Below are positions 38,240 through 49,271 of a DNA stretch of 64,000 nucleotides, in pieces. Location: positions 1 through 64,000 of the forward strand of contig JBMNHG010000008.1 of NCBI GenBank assembly GCA_050950285.1, in the 5' to 3' direction. Each line of letters starts with the position of its first letter. Positions within the stretch are counted from its first letter, which is position 1. The notes under the pieces were generated by a model that was given only the letters and a program-made list of their open reading frames with translations, was not told the origin of the DNA and made no database searches. This DNA is from Kiritimatiellia bacterium. GTDB taxonomy: Bacteria; Verrucomicrobiota; Kiritimatiellia; RFP12; JBMNHG01. The translations under genes were made by a program, and so were the position numbers.

Positions 38240-39609
38240 CCGACCCCACCGCCTGCGACGCCTATTTCGCGGCATGCCGCGATTCCATCCTTTCCGACTG
38301 GTTCGAACTGCTGCGCATCCCCACCGTCGGCTCCGACATCCGCCACCTTGGCGACTGCGCCCGCTGCACGGCGTGGCTCCGCCGCTGGCTCCGTCCGCTC
38401 GGCTTCGACGTGGAGGTGGAAACCGCCGGCGGCATGCCGCTGCTGCTCGCCGTGCGCGAGGGCGCCCCTTCCGCCCCGACCGTCCTGTTCTACGGCCACT
38501 ACGACGTCCAGCCCGCCGATCCGCTCGAAGCCTGGGAATCGCCCCCCTTCGAGCCCGTGCTGCGCGACGACGGCCGCGTGTACGCCCGTGGCGCGCAGGA
38601 CAACAAGGGCCAGTTCTTCGGCTTCCTGCAGGGCCTGCGCTTCCTCGTCGAGTCCGGCCGCCGCCTCCCCGCGGTCAAGCTCGTGCTCGAAGGCGAGGAA
38701 GAGAGCGGTTCGGCGAGCCTCGTGAAGCTCCTCCCCGAACTCCGCCGCCGCCTCGGCGCGCAGGTGCTGATGGCCTGCGACACCGGGGTCGCACCCGACG
38801 GGCGCCCCGCCATCGTGGCCGGACTCCGCGGCGTAATCCATCTCACCGCGACGGTCTCCGGCGCCCCGCGCGACCTCCATTCCGGCACCCACGGAGGCGT
38901 CGCCCCCAACCCCGCGCAGGCCCTCGCCCGGATGCTCGCCTCGATGCATGGCGACGACGGGCGCATCCTCGTGGACGGCTTCGCCCCCGCGCGGCCCCCC
39001 ACCGCCGAAGAACGCGCGCTCGCCGCCGCCTCCGCCATCTCCGACGACGCCTACGAAGCCGCCACGGGCGTCGCCCCCTCCGGCGGCGAGGCCGCCGCCC
39101 ATCCCGCCTGGGAGCGCGCCGGCTTCCGCCCCACCATCGAAGTGAACGGCATCCACGGCGGCTACGGCGGCCCCGCGTCGAAGACCATCATCCCCTCCCG
39201 CGCCTTCGCGAAACTTTCGGCGCGCCTCGTGCCCGGACAATCCCCGCACGAATGCGTCGAGGCCATTTCACGCCACCTGGAGGCGCGCTGCCCCGCCGGG
39301 CTCCGCCTCGAAATCGGCGAGGTACAGCCCCCGGGCGGCGCCCTCCGGCTCCCCGTGGCGTCGCCCCTCTGCCGCATCGCCGCGGACGTGCTCGCGGAAC
39401 TCGACCCGCGCGGCCCCGTCTTCCAGTGGTGCGGCGCCTCCATCCCCGTGATCGCCGGACTGGCCGAGGCCAGCGGCGCCGCGCCCCTGCTGGTGGGCTT
39501 CGGCACCGAGGCCGACCGCGTCCACGCGCCGAACGAATCCTACTCCCTCGACCAGTTCCGGCAGACCATGCGCTACGCCGCCGGCATGCTCGCCGCCTTG
39601 GCCGGATAG
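38236..39609 (+). CDS. M20 family dipeptidase
   Basis: GTG overlapping the previous [44 protein letters not shown]. Confidence 0.9.
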   Translation: MTDPTACDAYFAACRDSILSDWFELLRIPTVGSDIRHLGDCARCTAWLRRWLRPLGFDVEVETAGGMPLLLAVREGAPSAPTVLFYGHYDVQPADPLEAWESPPFEPVLRDDGRVYARGAQDNKGQFFGFLQGLRFLVESGRRLPAVKLVLEGEEESGSASLVKLLPELRRRLGAQVLMACDTGVAPDGRPAIVAGLRGVIHLTATVSGAPRDLHSGTHGGVAPNPAQALARMLASMHGDDGRILVDGFAPARPPTAEERALAAASAISDDAYEAATGVAPSGGEAAAHPAWERAGFRPTIEVNGIHGGYGGPASKTIIPSRAFAKLSARLVPGQSPHECVEAISRHLEARCPAGLRLEIGEVQPPGGALRLPVASPLCRIAADVLAELDPRGPVFQWCGASIPVIAGLAEASGAAPLLVGFGTEADRVHAPNESYSLDQFRQTMRYAAGMLAALAG

Positions 39610-39727
39610 GGACAACCCGGGCCGGGGCACGCCCCGGACTCCAAGGCGGCGCGCCGCGAAACGGCGGGGCTCCCGTGCTTTCCGCTTTGTCGGGCGCGGG
39701 GGGGAATGCTATCTTGTCCGTCCTCCC

Positions 39728-41659
39728 ATGGAACGGTTCCGCGACATTCTCATCCTGCTGCTCAAGGGCGTCCTGGGGTTGCTCCTGGTCGCCCTCGTGG
39801 CGCTGGGCATCCTGCTGGAAGCCTGCTCCCGCCGCCTCCCCGACTTCCTCGAGAAACGGCTGGAGGACGCGCTTTGCTCCGACATCCTTTGCGCGCGCTT
39901 CGATTCCGCCTCCTTCTCGCTCCGCGACGGCCTCACCCTCCGGCAGCTGCGCATCTACGCGCGGGGGATGATCGGCCCGCCCCTCCTCGCGGTGGGCGAG
40001 GCGCGCGCGACCGTCGCGCTCCGCATCGGAGCCTCGGCCGGCGACTGCCTCGACGCCATCCACCTGCGCGGGCTGGATTTCTCGACGATGCCCGACCTCG
40101 AAACCCTGGGACCGCTCCTGTCGGGAAGACGGGGCAAAGACGGGAAGAGCGCCCTCGACGCCTTCACGCGCCCCGTGGACGTGACGGTGGAGGACCTCGA
40201 CCTGCTCGGCATCCCGGTCCAGGAACTCACGGCCCGCGTCTCCGCCCACGACCACGCGCTCGCCTTCGAATCGCTGTCGCTCCGGTGGCCGGGGTCCACC
40301 GGCGGCGTCGAACACGCCTCGGGGATGGCCCGCGTCGGCCTGTCCGACGGTTCGTACCGCCTCGTCCTCGACGGCCGCGCAACGCCCGCCTCGCTCTATC
40401 CCCTCTTCCATGCGCTCGGTTTCAACGGCGTTGTCCGCGTTTGTTCGTGGTTCTCCGATTTCCACAGGCCGCCGGTCGCCCGCTTCGATCTCGTCCGGTC
40501 GGGGAAAGGCACCCCGGTCGCGCTCCGCCTGTTCCTCCGCGGCGCGAACTTCCGCTATCGGGACATCCCCATCGAAAACGCCGAAGCGCTGGTCACCCTG
40601 GCCGAAGACGGCCGCAAGGGCCACGTCGCCGTCTCGAACCTCCGCGTGAAGCACGCCACGGGCAGCGTCACGGGCGACCTTGGGATGGACTTCGACACGG
40701 ACATCCTGCACCTCGACCTGGACTCGTCCGTCGAGGAATCGGCGGTGGTCCGCGGTTCCGGCGTCAACACGAACTTGGCGGGGAAAATCCTGGGGGCGGT
40801 CGCCTGCGAAACGCCGCCGTCGATGGTCGTCTCGGGACAGGTCGCCTTCGCCGGGAACAAGCCGCCGGAAATCCTGCTGCGCGGCCGCGTCCGGTCGGGC
40901 CCCTTCACGGTGGTGGACATCCCCTTCGCGGCGGGCGAGGGCGATTTCCTGCTCACGGAACGCTCCCTCGACCTGCCGGGCGTCCGGGTCTCCGCGTTCG
41001 GCGGAACCGTCACGGGGGACGTCTCCCTCGCCAAATCCCCCGGCCCGACGACGAACGGCGAATGGCGCGTGAACCTCCGCGGCGTCTCCAAAGGCACGAG
41101 CTTCGGCGGATTCTGCCAGGACGTGTTCGACATGACCAACCACTACGGCGGGATTCTCTCGGCCGCCTTCGACCTCTCGATCCCCCTGGCGACGAACACC
41201 TTCCCGACCGGGACCGGCTCCGTGGTGGTCCGGGACGGCATGATCGTGCGCATCCCGCTTTTCACGGGGTTCACGGACTATCTGGCGGACAATATCCCGG
41301 GCGTGGAGACGCTGGTGACCCAGTCGGACATGAAACTGGACTTCGTCTGTACGAACGGGCAGTTCCGCACGGACAACCTCCTCGTGGAGGGCGGATTCTT
41401 CAGCCTGCGCGCCGCGGGCGCCTACACCCATCGGGACAGGAAGGTCGACTTCCTCGCCCGGGCCCGCCTCTTCCGCGAGAAAACCCTCGTGGGGAAGGTC
41501 GTCCGCGTCGTGGCCTTCCCCTTCAGCAAATTGCTCGAATTCCGCGCCCACGGCACCCTCGGCGCCCCCAAATGGGAATACATCGGCCTGATCGACCGCA
41601 TCTGGGATCTCCTGGGCCCGGCCGGGGAGCTCTTGCCGGAGGACGCCGGGGGGAACTGA
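39728..41659 (+). CDS. AsmA-like membrane-anchored protein
   Basis: N-terminal TM, long beta-rich body, AFGGTVTG, TGTGSVVVRDG..RIPLF, EFRAHGTLGAPKW. Confidence 0.65.
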   Translation: MERFRDILILLLKGVLGLLLVALVALGILLEACSRRLPDFLEKRLEDALCSDILCARFDSASFSLRDGLTLRQLRIYARGMIGPPLLAVGEARATVALRIGASAGDCLDAIHLRGLDFSTMPDLETLGPLLSGRRGKDGKSALDAFTRPVDVTVEDLDLLGIPVQELTARVSAHDHALAFESLSLRWPGSTGGVEHASGMARVGLSDGSYRLVLDGRATPASLYPLFHALGFNGVVRVCSWFSDFHRPPVARFDLVRSGKGTPVALRLFLRGANFRYRDIPIENAEALVTLAEDGRKGHVAVSNLRVKHATGSVTGDLGMDFDTDILHLDLDSSVEESAVVRGSGVNTNLAGKILGAVACETPPSMVVSGQVAFAGNKPPEILLRGRVRSGPFTVVDIPFAAGEGDFLLTERSLDLPGVRVSAFGGTVTGDVSLAKSPGPTTNGEWRVNLRGVSKGTSFGGFCQDVFDMTNHYGGILSAAFDLSIPLATNTFPTGTGSVVVRDGMIVRIPLFTGFTDYLADNIPGVETLVTQSDMKLDFVCTNGQFRTDNLLVEGGFFSLRAAGAYTHRDRKVDFLARARLFREKTLVGKVVRVVAFPFSKLLEFRAHGTLGAPKWEYIGLIDRIWDLLGPAGELLPEDAGGN

Positions 41660-41661
41660 CC

Positions 41662-43011
41662 ATGCGCTTTTGGATCCACACCTACGGCTGCCAGATGAAC
41701 GTGCGCGACTCCGAAGCCGCTGCGGCGCTCCTGCTTGCGGCGGGCCACGAGCAGGCCGCCTCCGAGGCGGAGGCCGATTTGGTCATCGTGAATTCCTGCA
41801 GCATCCGCGCGAAGGCGGAGGACAAGGCCATCGGCAAGATCGGCCTCCTGTGCGCCGGAAAGCGCGAGCGCCCTTCGCTTCTGGTGGGGCTGGCGGGATG
41901 CATGGCCCAGCGGCTTGGCGAAGAGGTCTTCGCCCGCGTGCCGCTCCTGGACTTCTCCCTCGGCACGCGCCTCCCCGATCTCCTCCCCGGCCTGGTCGAG
42001 CGCGCCGCCCGCGGCGAGACGCGCCTGCTCGCCCTTGGGGGGCCCGCGGACCACGGCATGCCGCGCGGCCACCTTCCCGGCGCCCCTTCCGCCTACGTCT
42101 CGATCCTTCTCGGATGCGACCGCCGGTGCGCCTACTGCATCGTCCCGGACGTGCGCGGGCCCGAATACAGCCGCCCCGCCGCCGACGTGCTGGCCGAGGT
42201 GCGCGCGCTGGTGGACTCCGGCGCGCGCGAAATCACCCTCCTGGGCCAAAGCGTGATGAACTACGGCCGCCAGCCCCGCCAAGAGCCGGTGTGGCCCGCC
42301 GACGCCCCGGCCGGCGCACGGGGCTTCACCGAACCCTTCCCGCGCCTGCTCGAGGCCGCGAGCGCGGTCCCGGGCCTGCGCCGCCTCCGCTTCACCTCCG
42401 GCCATCCGTCGGGCTGCACCGCCGAACTGGCCCGCGCCATGGCCGAACTCCCCGCCGTCTGCCCCCACCTGCACCTCCCCGTGCAGTCCGGATCCGACCG
42501 CATCCTCCGCGCCATGCGCCGAGGATACACCCGCGCAGGCTACGTGGAGGCCGTCGCCCGGCTGCGCGCCGCCGTGCCGGATTTCGCGGTCACCACCGAC
42601 GTCATCGTGGGCTTCCCCGGCGAAACCGAGGAGGATTTCGACGAGACGCGCACCCTCCTGCGCGAAATCCAGTGCGAAAACGCCTTTGTCTTCAAATTCT
42701 CCCCGCGACCCGGAACCCCGGCCGCCGAAATGGGCGACGACGTCCCCGACGAGGAGAAGGCGCGCCGCAACCGGATTCTCCTGGCCGACCTCGACAAGCA
42801 GGGGCAGGCCCGCAACGACGCCTGGATCGGCCGTTGCGTGGAGGTGCTCGCCGAAGGCCCGTCCCCCCGCAACGCCGCCGTCTGGTCGGGCCGAAGCCCG
42901 CAGCACAAGATCGTCCTCTTCCCCCCGCCCGACGGCGCGCGCCCCGGCGACCTCCTCCGGGTGGCGATCGACCGCGCCGCGCCGCAGACGCTGTATGGTT
43001 CCGTCGTCTGA
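41662..43011 (+). CDS. miaB: tRNA-2-methylthio-N6-dimethylallyladenosine synthase
   Basis: TYGCQMNVRDSE, NSCSIR, GCMAQR, GCDRRCAYCIVP, HLPVQSGSD, DVIVGFPGET, TRAM domain. Confidence 0.93.
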   Translation: MRFWIHTYGCQMNVRDSEAAAALLLAAGHEQAASEAEADLVIVNSCSIRAKAEDKAIGKIGLLCAGKRERPSLLVGLAGCMAQRLGEEVFARVPLLDFSLGTRLPDLLPGLVERAARGETRLLALGGPADHGMPRGHLPGAPSAYVSILLGCDRRCAYCIVPDVRGPEYSRPAADVLAEVRALVDSGAREITLLGQSVMNYGRQPRQEPVWPADAPAGARGFTEPFPRLLEAASAVPGLRRLRFTSGHPSGCTAELARAMAELPAVCPHLHLPVQSGSDRILRAMRRGYTRAGYVEAVARLRAAVPDFAVTTDVIVGFPGETEEDFDETRTLLREIQCENAFVFKFSPRPGTPAAEMGDDVPDEEKARRNRILLADLDKQGQARNDAWIGRCVEVLAEGPSPRNAAVWSGRSPQHKIVLFPPPDGARPGDLLRVAIDRAAPQTLYGSVV

Positions 43012-43051
43012 CCCTTTGCAAGGGGCGGGCTTCTCTGCTACGCTTCCTCCC

Positions 43052-44611
43052 ATGAAGATCCATTCCATCACGCTGGTCACGGATGCCTGGCGCCAGACCT
43101 TCCAGGGAGCGGCGGGCCGCCGCGACGACGTCGCCGCCGAACTGCGGGCGGACGGCTCGGTCGCGCTCTCCGCCGGAGCCACGCCGGTGCGCTTCCTGCG
43201 GTTGCGCTTCGACCACCCCTTCTTCGCGGACACCCTGTTCCTGGGCGACGCCTGGGAGCGCTCCTACGGGGACCTCCAGTGGCGCGGCATGGATCCCTCC
43301 CGCTACCTGCCCTGGTATTTCTTCGCCCGCGCCCGCGGCATCACCGAAGGCATCGGAGTGAAGGTGAACCCCGGCGCCCTGGCCGTTTGGACCGCCGACC
43401 CCGACGGCGCCACGCTCTGGCTCGACGTGCGCAGCGGCTCCGACGGCGTCGTCCTCGACGGCCGCACCCTCGAGGCCGCGACGGTCGTCCACGCCTCGTA
43501 TCCGGGCGTGCCGCCCTTCGATGCGGCGTGCCGCTTCTGCTCGACGCTCAGCCCCGCGCCCCTGCTCCCCCCCTTCCCCGTGTACGGAAGCAACAACTGG
43601 TACTACGCCTACGGGAAGAGCTCCCGCACGCAGATTCTTGCCGACTGCCGCACCGTCGCCGGCTACACCGAAGGCCTGGAAAACCGCCCGTTCATGGTGG
43701 TGGACGACGGCTGGCAGATCGCCGCCGGCGACGGCCCGGACCGTACACCCTGGCGCGAAGGGTGCGCCGCCTTCCCGGACATCCCGTCGCTGCCCGCCGA
43801 AATGGCCTCCCACGGCGTCCGTCCGGGCATCTGGTGCCGCCCGCTCTGGAACCCCGACCCCTCCCTCCCCGACGAATGGCGCATCGGCGGTCGCGGCGGC
43901 GAGTCCCTCGATCCGTCCCGCCCCGACGTGCTGGACATCGTGGCCCGCGACATCCGCCGCATCTCGGACTGGGGATTCCGGCTGATCAAGCACGATTTCA
44001 CCACCTTCGACATCTTCGGACGCTGGGGCTTCGAGATGTCCGACGTGCCCGCCCCGCGCGACCTCGTCCACCTCGCCGACCGCTCGCGCACCTCCGCGGA
44101 GACCATCGCCTCCCTCTACCGGACCATCCGCGACGCCGCCGGTCCCGGAACGCTCGTCCTGGGATGCAACACCATCGGCCACCTCGGGGCCGGGCTCATG
44201 CATCTCGCGCGCATCGGGGACGACACCTCCGGACGCATCTGGGAACGCACCCGCCGCATGGGCGTGAACGCGCTCGCCTTCCGCCTCTGCCAGCACAACC
44301 GCTTCTTCGCGGCGGATCCCGACTGCGTAGGCATCCGCGGCGATATCCCGATGGAGCTGAACCTGCAATGGGCCGAACTCGTCGCGAAGAGCTCGACCGT
44401 CTTCTTCGCCTCCGTCAAACCCGGAATCTGCACCCCCGCAGAAGACGACGCCATCCGCGGCCTCTTCGCCCTCGCCTCCACCCAGGAGATTGCGGCGGAA
44501 CCGCTGGACTGGCTCACCACCACCACCCCCGAACAGTGGAGTTTCGACGGCGTGCGCCGCCGCTTCCACTGGCAGGGCCCCGACGGCGAAACGCCCGATT
44601 TCGCCGAATAA
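43052..44611 (+). CDS. Alpha-galactosidase-like glycoside hydrolase (GH36/clan D)
   Basis: GSNNWYYAYG, VVDDGWQ, LDPSRP, IKHDF (nucleophile), RIGDD (acid/base); TTGCAA-N17-TACGCT promoter at 43016-43044. Confidence 0.8.
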   Translation: MKIHSITLVTDAWRQTFQGAAGRRDDVAAELRADGSVALSAGATPVRFLRLRFDHPFFADTLFLGDAWERSYGDLQWRGMDPSRYLPWYFFARARGITEGIGVKVNPGALAVWTADPDGATLWLDVRSGSDGVVLDGRTLEAATVVHASYPGVPPFDAACRFCSTLSPAPLLPPFPVYGSNNWYYAYGKSSRTQILADCRTVAGYTEGLENRPFMVVDDGWQIAAGDGPDRTPWREGCAAFPDIPSLPAEMASHGVRPGIWCRPLWNPDPSLPDEWRIGGRGGESLDPSRPDVLDIVARDIRRISDWGFRLIKHDFTTFDIFGRWGFEMSDVPAPRDLVHLADRSRTSAETIASLYRTIRDAAGPGTLVLGCNTIGHLGAGLMHLARIGDDTSGRIWERTRRMGVNALAFRLCQHNRFFAADPDCVGIRGDIPMELNLQWAELVAKSSTVFFASVKPGICTPAEDDAIRGLFALASTQEIAAEPLDWLTTTTPEQWSFDGVRRRFHWQGPDGETPDFAE

Positions 44612-44633
44612 CCTTCTCCCGACAGGTCTCTCC

Positions 44634-46688
44634 ATGGACTTCGACTTCGACGCCTATCGCAAGCTCGTGATGGACGAGCAGGACGGCTTCCGCTGGTGGG
44701 CCGTCGCCACCCGGCCCGTGACCGAATACCTCGCCTTGCGCGAGCTGCCCGAAAGTGCCCCCCTGGCCATCCGCGCGGCTACGGCCATGCGGGCGCGCCT
44801 GGCCGAATTCCGCTTCCAGTTGATCCCCGGCGAGCCGCTCGTCGGACGCCCCGTCCCGGCCAAACCCCAGCCCGACGCCCTCCGACAGGAGGCCGAAGCC
44901 TACATCGCCGCCCATCCCTTCTTCAACGCGCCCGGCCAAAACGGGCACGCCGAGCCCTTCTACGACGAACTCTTCCGCGAAGGCGTCGATGGCATCCGCG
45001 CCCGCGTCGCCGCGCTCGCGGCCGACGCGCAAGACCCCGCCAAGGCCGCCACCTACGAAAGTTTCGACATCGCGCTCGACGCCCTCTCCACGTTGATCGG
45101 ACACGCCGCCGAAGACGCCGCCGAAGCCGGGCGCGACGACATCGCCGCCTCCTGCCGCCGCATCGCCCACGCCCCCCCCGCCTCCTTCCGCGACGCCATC
45201 CAGCTCACCTTCCTCCTGATGTTCGCCATCCAGTACGGCGATCGCGCCCTGCTGGTGGGCCCCGGACGCCTGGACGTGAACCTCGGCCCCTTCTACGAGG
45301 CCGACGCAGCCGCCGGGCGGATCTCCCGGGACGAAGCGCGCTCCCTCGTCGCCGGACTCTACCTGCTCATCAACGCCACCTGCGACTCCGGACTCGCCTA
45401 CGGCCTGATGGTCGGAGGCGAAACCGTGAACGACCTTTCGTACCTCGCCCTCGAAGCCCTGCGCCTCTCGCGCCTCCCCTACCCGAGCGTGGGCGTCCGC
45501 GTGAACGAGTCCGTCCCCGAATCCCTCCTGCGGCTCGCCGTCGACATCCAGTGCGAGGGCATCCCCAACCCCGCGTTCTTCAACGACCGCGTCATCCGCG
45601 CCGGACTCGAAAGCTACGGCGTGCCGCCTTCGGAAAGCGCCGCCTACATCAACTCCTCCTGCGTGGAAATCACCCCGTCCGGCGCCTCGAACGTCTACGT
45701 GGCGAGCCCCTACTACAACCTCTCCGGATGCCTCCTCGAGGCCATGCGCGAATCCCCGGCCAGCTTCGACGCCCTTTTCGAAGCCTTCGAACGCATCCTC
45801 GCCGGAAAGGTCGCCGCCGGCGTGGCCGAGGTGGACGGCTGGCGCCGCACCCGGTACGAGCAGGCCCGCCGCCCGCTGCAAAGCGTCTTCACCCGCGACT
45901 GCATCGAACGCGGCCTCGACATCGAATGCGGCGGCGCCCGCTACAACTGGGCCGAATGCTCGTTCGTGGGCCTGGCCAACCTCGTCGATTCGCTCCTCGT
46001 CGTGCGGCACGTGGTCTACGAAACCCGCGAATACACCCTCCCCGCGCTGCTCGCCCTGCTGGAGTCCGATTTCGAAGGACAGGAACCCGTGCGCCAGCGA
46101 TTCCTCCGGCGCTTCCCGAAGTACGGCCAAGATCAGGCCGAGGCCGATTCGCTCGTGGCGCGCGTGATCGGGGTCATCGACCGCGAATGCGCGCGCCATA
46201 CGCTCTTCCCGGACGATTCGCCCTACGTGCCCGGCACCTTCTGCTGGATCATGCACCAGCGGCTCGGCGCCGAAACCGGCGCCACGCCCGACGGACGCGC
46301 CGCAGGCTTCCCCTTCGCCGACGGCGCCGGCCCCGCCCAGGGACGCGAGACGCGCGGCCCCACCGCCGCCGTGAAGTCGGTCTGTTCGTGGAACCACCAG
46401 CGCCTCGTCGGCGGCTCCGCCTTCAACATGAAATTCGCCCGCTCCGCACTCCAGACCGAGGAAGCCCGCGACAAGCTGCTGTCGCTCGTGAAAACCTTCA
46501 TCGACGGAGGCGGCTTCCAAACGCAAATCAATGTCGTGGATTCCGACGTCCTGCTCGCCGCCAAGGCCCACCCCGAGGACTACGCGGACGTCACCGTCCG
46601 CATCGGAGGCTACACCGATTATTTCGTGAAACTCGACCCGAAGATGCAGGATGAAGTCATCCTGAGAACCCACTATGAAACCCTCTGA
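44634..46688 (+). CDS. Glycyl radical enzyme (PFL-like family, substrate unknown)
   Basis: SFRDAIQ, PGRLD, Cys loop NSSCVE, PKYG, GATPDGR, QTQINVVD, Gly loop VRIGGY. Confidence 0.9.
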   Translation: MDFDFDAYRKLVMDEQDGFRWWAVATRPVTEYLALRELPESAPLAIRAATAMRARLAEFRFQLIPGEPLVGRPVPAKPQPDALRQEAEAYIAAHPFFNAPGQNGHAEPFYDELFREGVDGIRARVAALAADAQDPAKAATYESFDIALDALSTLIGHAAEDAAEAGRDDIAASCRRIAHAPPASFRDAIQLTFLLMFAIQYGDRALLVGPGRLDVNLGPFYEADAAAGRISRDEARSLVAGLYLLINATCDSGLAYGLMVGGETVNDLSYLALEALRLSRLPYPSVGVRVNESVPESLLRLAVDIQCEGIPNPAFFNDRVIRAGLESYGVPPSESAAYINSSCVEITPSGASNVYVASPYYNLSGCLLEAMRESPASFDALFEAFERILAGKVAAGVAEVDGWRRTRYEQARRPLQSVFTRDCIERGLDIECGGARYNWAECSFVGLANLVDSLLVVRHVVYETREYTLPALLALLESDFEGQEPVRQRFLRRFPKYGQDQAEADSLVARVIGVIDRECARHTLFPDDSPYVPGTFCWIMHQRLGAETGATPDGRAAGFPFADGAGPAQGRETRGPTAAVKSVCSWNHQRLVGGSAFNMKFARSALQTEEARDKLLSLVKTFIDGGGFQTQINVVDSDVLLAAKAHPEDYADVTVRIGGYTDYFVKLDPKMQDEVILRTHYETL

Positions 46689-47619
46689 AATCGAACCCGA
46701 CATCCTTCGCAATACCCGGGGGCTCGTGTTCGACGTCCAGAAATTCTCGCTGCACGACGGCCCCGGCATCCGCACCACCGTCTTCCTGAAAGGATGCCCC
46801 CTGCGCTGCATCTGGTGCCACAACCCCGAATCCCAGCGCGCCGTCCCGGAACTCCTCTTCTCCCCCGACAAATGCATCGGATGCGGATGGTGCTTCCAGC
46901 AGTGCCCAAACGGATGCCACAGGGCCTCGCCAACCTCCCCGCACGAGTTCCACCGCGACGCATGCGTCCACTGCGGGATATGCGCCGAGCAATGCTACGC
47001 GGGCGCCATCGAAATGGCCGGCAAGAGCATGGCCGCCGCCGAGGTCATCGAAGACGTGCTGAAGGACAAGTGCTTCTACGACAACTCCAACGGCGGCATG
47101 ACCCTCTCCGGCGGCGAACCCCTCGCCCAGCCCGCTTTCTCGCTCGCCCTCGCACGCCTCGCACGCGCCGAAGGGGTCTCCGTCTGCCTCGAAACCTGCG
47201 GCCACGCCCCGTGGAACACCCTCGAAGCCCTCCTGCCCGACCTCGACTGGCTCCTGTACGATATCAAAGCCACCGATCCCGCGAAACACCGCGAGTTCAC
47301 GGGCGTCGACAACCAGCTCCTCCTCGAAAACCTCCGCCGGGCCTCCGCCGCAGGCGCGAAAATCGCCCTGCGCTGCCCCCTCGTCCCCGACGTGAACGAC
47401 GACCCCGCCCACCTCGACGCCATCGCCGGCCTTGCCAACGAACTCGACGGCGTCCAACGCATCGACATCGAACCCTACCACCCGCTAGGCGTTGGAAAAT
47501 GCGCCCGCCTCGACCGAATCCCGGACCTGGATCGCAAGGATTTCACGCCCGCGGAACTCGTCTCTTCCTGGACTCAAACCGTCCAATCCCGCACCGAAAA
47601 ACCCGTTCGGGTCTCGTAA
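46675..47619 (+). CDS. Glycyl-radical enzyme activating protein (radical SAM with ferredoxin insert)
   Basis: HDGPGIRTTVFLKGCPLRCIWCHNPES, CIGCGWC..C, CVHCGIC..C, GGMTLSGGEP. Confidence 0.93.
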   Translation: MKPSEIEPDILRNTRGLVFDVQKFSLHDGPGIRTTVFLKGCPLRCIWCHNPESQRAVPELLFSPDKCIGCGWCFQQCPNGCHRASPTSPHEFHRDACVHCGICAEQCYAGAIEMAGKSMAAAEVIEDVLKDKCFYDNSNGGMTLSGGEPLAQPAFSLALARLARAEGVSVCLETCGHAPWNTLEALLPDLDWLLYDIKATDPAKHREFTGVDNQLLLENLRRASAAGAKIALRCPLVPDVNDDPAHLDAIAGLANELDGVQRIDIEPYHPLGVGKCARLDRIPDLDRKDFTPAELVSSWTQTVQSRTEKPVRVS

Positions 47620-47888
47620 TCGGCTCCCTCCCCCTTTCAATATCCTGTTCAAAAGCCCTTTGAAAAAAACGGGAAAACCATTCCATAAACATTCGTATCT
47701 CCCTTGATACAAAGAAGAAAGCATATACCCAAAGCCTGTTGATAACCTGTTGATGGATTGGCGATTCTTTTCGCTTGTACAGGACTGGTTTCCATGCCAT
47801 TTTCATGATGTGGGCACCCTTTTGGCTTGATGCCTCCCCTGCCCCATTCCCCCTTTTTCAAACCTTACACTGTCGAATTGCCATACCT
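47620..47888. promoter_or_regulatory. AT-rich dnaA upstream region with DnaA-box-like 9-mers (oriC left part / dnaA autoregulation)
   Basis: TGTTCAAAA 47646, TGTTGATAA 47737, TGTTGATGG 47748; sharp GC drop. Confidence 0.6.
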
Positions 47889-49271
47889 ATGGACCTCCCT
47901 TTTCTTTGGACGCAAGCCTGCGAGCACTTGAAATCCGTGCTCAATGAAGATATCTATACCAACTGGATCGCCATCATCCATCCTTTGTCGCTCGAGAAGG
48001 ACAATCTGGTCTTGCAGGTGGACAACAACATCCAGCAACTCTGGCTGGAAACCAACTACAAGTCCCTCGTCCTCCAGGCCCTCCAGATCGGCGGGGCGCC
48101 CGAATCCCTCGACATCCAGTTCCAGGCCAAGAACGCCGACGAGCCGAGGGTCGAGGAGCCTCCCGCTCCCAAACCCGCGCCCCCCACGCAGCGCAAGGGC
48201 CGAAAGGTCAAGGTGAGCGCGCTCCAGGAAGTCCAGGCGCTGCTCACCCCGAACTACACCTTCGAGGAGTTCGTCGTCGGCCCCTCCAACAGCTTCGCCC
48301 ACGCCGCAGCCCTGGCGGTGGCCCAATCCCCGGGACACGCCTACAACCCCCTTTTCATCTACGGGCAGACCGGACTGGGCAAAACCCACCTCATGCAGGC
48401 CATCGGCCACCAGGCCCTCCAGAACCCGAACATGAAGGTTCTGTACGTCTCGTCCGAAGCCCTGCTCAACGAATACCTCAACTCCCTCCAGAACAAAAGC
48501 ACCTTCGAATTCCGAAGCCGATACCGGAACGTCGACGTGCTGCTGGTGGACGACATCCACTTCCTCGCCGGGAAATCCGCCCTCCAGGAGGAGTTCTTCA
48601 ACACCTTCAACGCGCTGTACCTCGCCCACAAGCAGATCATCATGACCTCCGACCGGCCGCCCAGCGAAATCGACGGCCTGGAACAGCGCCTGGTCTCCCG
48701 GTTCGTCTCCGGCATGGTGACCGAACTGGAGGTCCCCACCTTCGAAACACGCCTCACCATCCTCCGGTACAAACAGTCCCACCAGGAGACGCAACTTCCC
48801 TCGGAGGTCCTCACCTTCATCGCGGAAAACATCTCCTCCAACGTCCGCGCCCTGGAAGGTGCCCTCACCCGCGCCTCCTCCTTCGCGAAACTCCACCGCC
48901 AACCCATCACCCTCGACGCCTTGCGCCACATCCTGCGCGACCTGCTGGAAGAGGAACGCCAGGAAGACCTTCGCTTCGAGGACATCCAAAAGGCCGTGGC
49001 GGAATACTACGGCGTGCGCCTCTCCGACATGACAAGCAAACAGCGCCAGCGGTCCGTCGCGCTCCCCCGCCAGGTGGCCATGTACCTCTGCCGCCTGCTC
49101 ACACGAGCCTCCCTCCCCCAGATCGCCGAGGCCTTCGAAAAGACCCACGCAACCGTCCTCCACGCCTGCAAGGTCATCCACAACCACGTCGAAATCGACG
49201 CCACCCTCCGGCAGGCCGTCCATTTCATCACCCGCAAACTGGGGAGGGACCCCGCTTCCCTCCAGCGATAA
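47889..49271 (+). CDS. dnaA: Chromosomal replication initiator DnaA
   Basis: YTFEEFVVGPSN, YNPLFIYGQTGLGKTHL, LLVDDIHFL, QEEFFNTFN, SNVRALEGAL, PRQVAMYL. Confidence 0.97.
   Translation: MDLPFLWTQACEHLKSVLNEDIYTNWIAIIHPLSLEKDNLVLQVDNNIQQLWLETNYKSLVLQALQIGGAPESLDIQFQAKNADEPRVEEPPAPKPAPPTQRKGRKVKVSALQEVQALLTPNYTFEEFVVGPSNSFAHAAALAVAQSPGHAYNPLFIYGQTGLGKTHLMQAIGHQALQNPNMKVLYVSSEALLNEYLNSLQNKSTFEFRSRYRNVDVLLVDDIHFLAGKSALQEEFFNTFNALYLAHKQIIMTSDRPPSEIDGLEQRLVSRFVSGMVTELEVPTFETRLTILRYKQSHQETQLPSEVLTFIAENISSNVRALEGALTRASSFAKLHRQPITLDALRHILRDLLEEERQEDLRFEDIQKAVAEYYGVRLSDMTSKQRQRSVALPRQVAMYLCRLLTRASLPQIAEAFEKTHATVLHACKVIHNHVEIDATLRQAVHFITRKLGRDPASLQR

Noticed and set aside
39706..43011. 1101-aa extended MiaB and similar N-terminal extensions (recA, ugd, M20)
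   Set aside because: The upstream portions overlap other real genes out of frame; true starts were reassigned
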